NCBI GenBank assembly: GCA_964637655.1
Contig: CAZWUZ010000006.1
Coordinates: forward strand, 1 to 35,946
DNA from: an uncultured bacterium
GTDB lineage: Bacteria > DAOPZR01
DNA length: 35,946 nt
Direction: 5' to 3'
Part shown: in pieces, positions 35,603-35,946 of the stretch
Numbering within the stretch: the first letter of the stretch is position 1
Layout of the letters: each line of letters begins with the position of its first letter
Translations under genes and position numbers: made by a program
The notes under the pieces: generated by a model
Database searches by the model: none
The model's input: only the letters and a program-made list of their open reading frames with translations
Told to the model about the DNA's origin: nothing

Positions 35603-35946
35603 ATGAGCGGCTCGGCTTACGGCACGGCGCTGTCGTCGCTGGAAACACTGCTGCGCACCATCGCCGAGGTGCGCGCACAGTTCGCGGCGGGTGGCGCCTT
35701 CGGGGCGCTGCGCCTGCTCGTCCGCCGCAACCAGCGGCGCAACCTGCTGCAGCTGCTGGCCGCGGCGCACGCTGAACTCGAACACGATCCCGACGTGCTG
35801 GCGCAGGCAATCGCCAGTGGCGCCGCGGGCGCGGATGCCGCCGCCTGGGCGGCGAATGCCGACGCGGTGACGAAACTCGCGTTGCGCGGCTCCGGCTTCG
35901 TGCGCGCACGGCAGCAGGCGGCGCTGCAGCATATCTGGACGCTGCG
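35603..35946 (+). CDS. 5' part of a third gene of the flotillin operon (hypothetical, Ala/Leu-rich; continues past window)
   Basis: ATG at 35603, 4 nt after the giant ORF stop. Hand translation gives MSGSAYGTALSSLETLLRTIAEVRAQFAAGGAFGALRLLVRR... with nearly all codons ending in G/C. It is not in the ORF track because it has no stop inside the window. Confidence 0.45.
   Translation, partial: MSGSAYGTALSSLETLLRTIAEVRAQFAAGGAFGALRLLVRRNQRRNLLQLLAAAHAELEHDPDVLAQAIASGAAGADAAAWAANADAVTKLALRGSGFVRARQQAALQHIWTL

Noticed and set aside
35498-35932. Minus-strand ORFs (35498-35932, 35523-35909) at the right edge
   Set aside because: They are antisense to a plus-strand frame with consistent G/C third-position usage that follows the giant ORF by 4 nt. 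Their translations are Arg/Pro/Ala-rich.
1-35946. CRISPR arrays, tRNA/rRNA genes, integrase or transposase genes
   Set aside because: I found no regularly spaced direct repeats, no cloverleaf-compatible segments in the short intergenic regions, and no ORF with recombinase or transposase motifs. The only mobile-element-like signature is the 29-bp inverted repeat pair.

Overview
This is a 35.9-kb high-GC (roughly 68% overall) bacterial window. The core is gene-dense, and most adjacent genes overlap stop/start codons (ATGA or TGATG junctions).

Gene layout, left to right:
- A DUF512-type radical-SAM C-terminal fragment (1..736), the ribosome-biogenesis GTPase der (724..2043), and a fused Memo-AMMECR1 protein (2043..3509).
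- A 3517..21877 accessory locus that appears to be a glycan assembly and modification island, unusually rich in radical SAM (rSAM) enzymes.
  - A minus-strand gene fusing an FkbM methyltransferase to a B12-binding rSAM domain (3517..5904).
  - A plus-strand operon (5974..13055): a class I SAM methyltransferase, one SPASM rSAM, two tandem paralogous twitch-type rSAMs, and a B12-binding rSAM fused to a GT4 glycosyltransferase.
  - A convergent minus-strand operon (21877 back to 13071): GT4, GT2, GT2, the Wzm permease and Wzt ATPase of an ABC-2 glycan exporter, a glycosyltransferase with a C-terminal coiled coil encoded partly by a 21-bp tandem repeat, GT4, and a stand-alone B12-binding rSAM.
- Two sulfatase-fold paralogs. 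One is catalytically degenerate; the other has a TxPxH motif where sulfatases have C/SxPxR.
- A GH13 alpha-amylase-family gene.
- A 29-bp perfect inverted repeat pair flanking about 200 bp of AT-rich DNA.
- fliD, the flagellar filament cap, as an isolated gene with a sigma-28-like promoter and an intrinsic terminator.
- A flotillin (SPFH) gene followed by a 1874-aa AAA+ ATPase giant protein and the start of a third gene.

The most interesting hypothesis is that 3517..21877 encodes a previously undescribed Wzm/Wzt-exported glycan. On this view its sugars are tailored by six rSAM enzymes (three B12-dependent and three SPASM/twitch) plus two SAM methyltransferases, and its expression or length is tunable by an A9/T9 homopolymer in the promoter and an in-frame 21-bp coiled-coil repeat.
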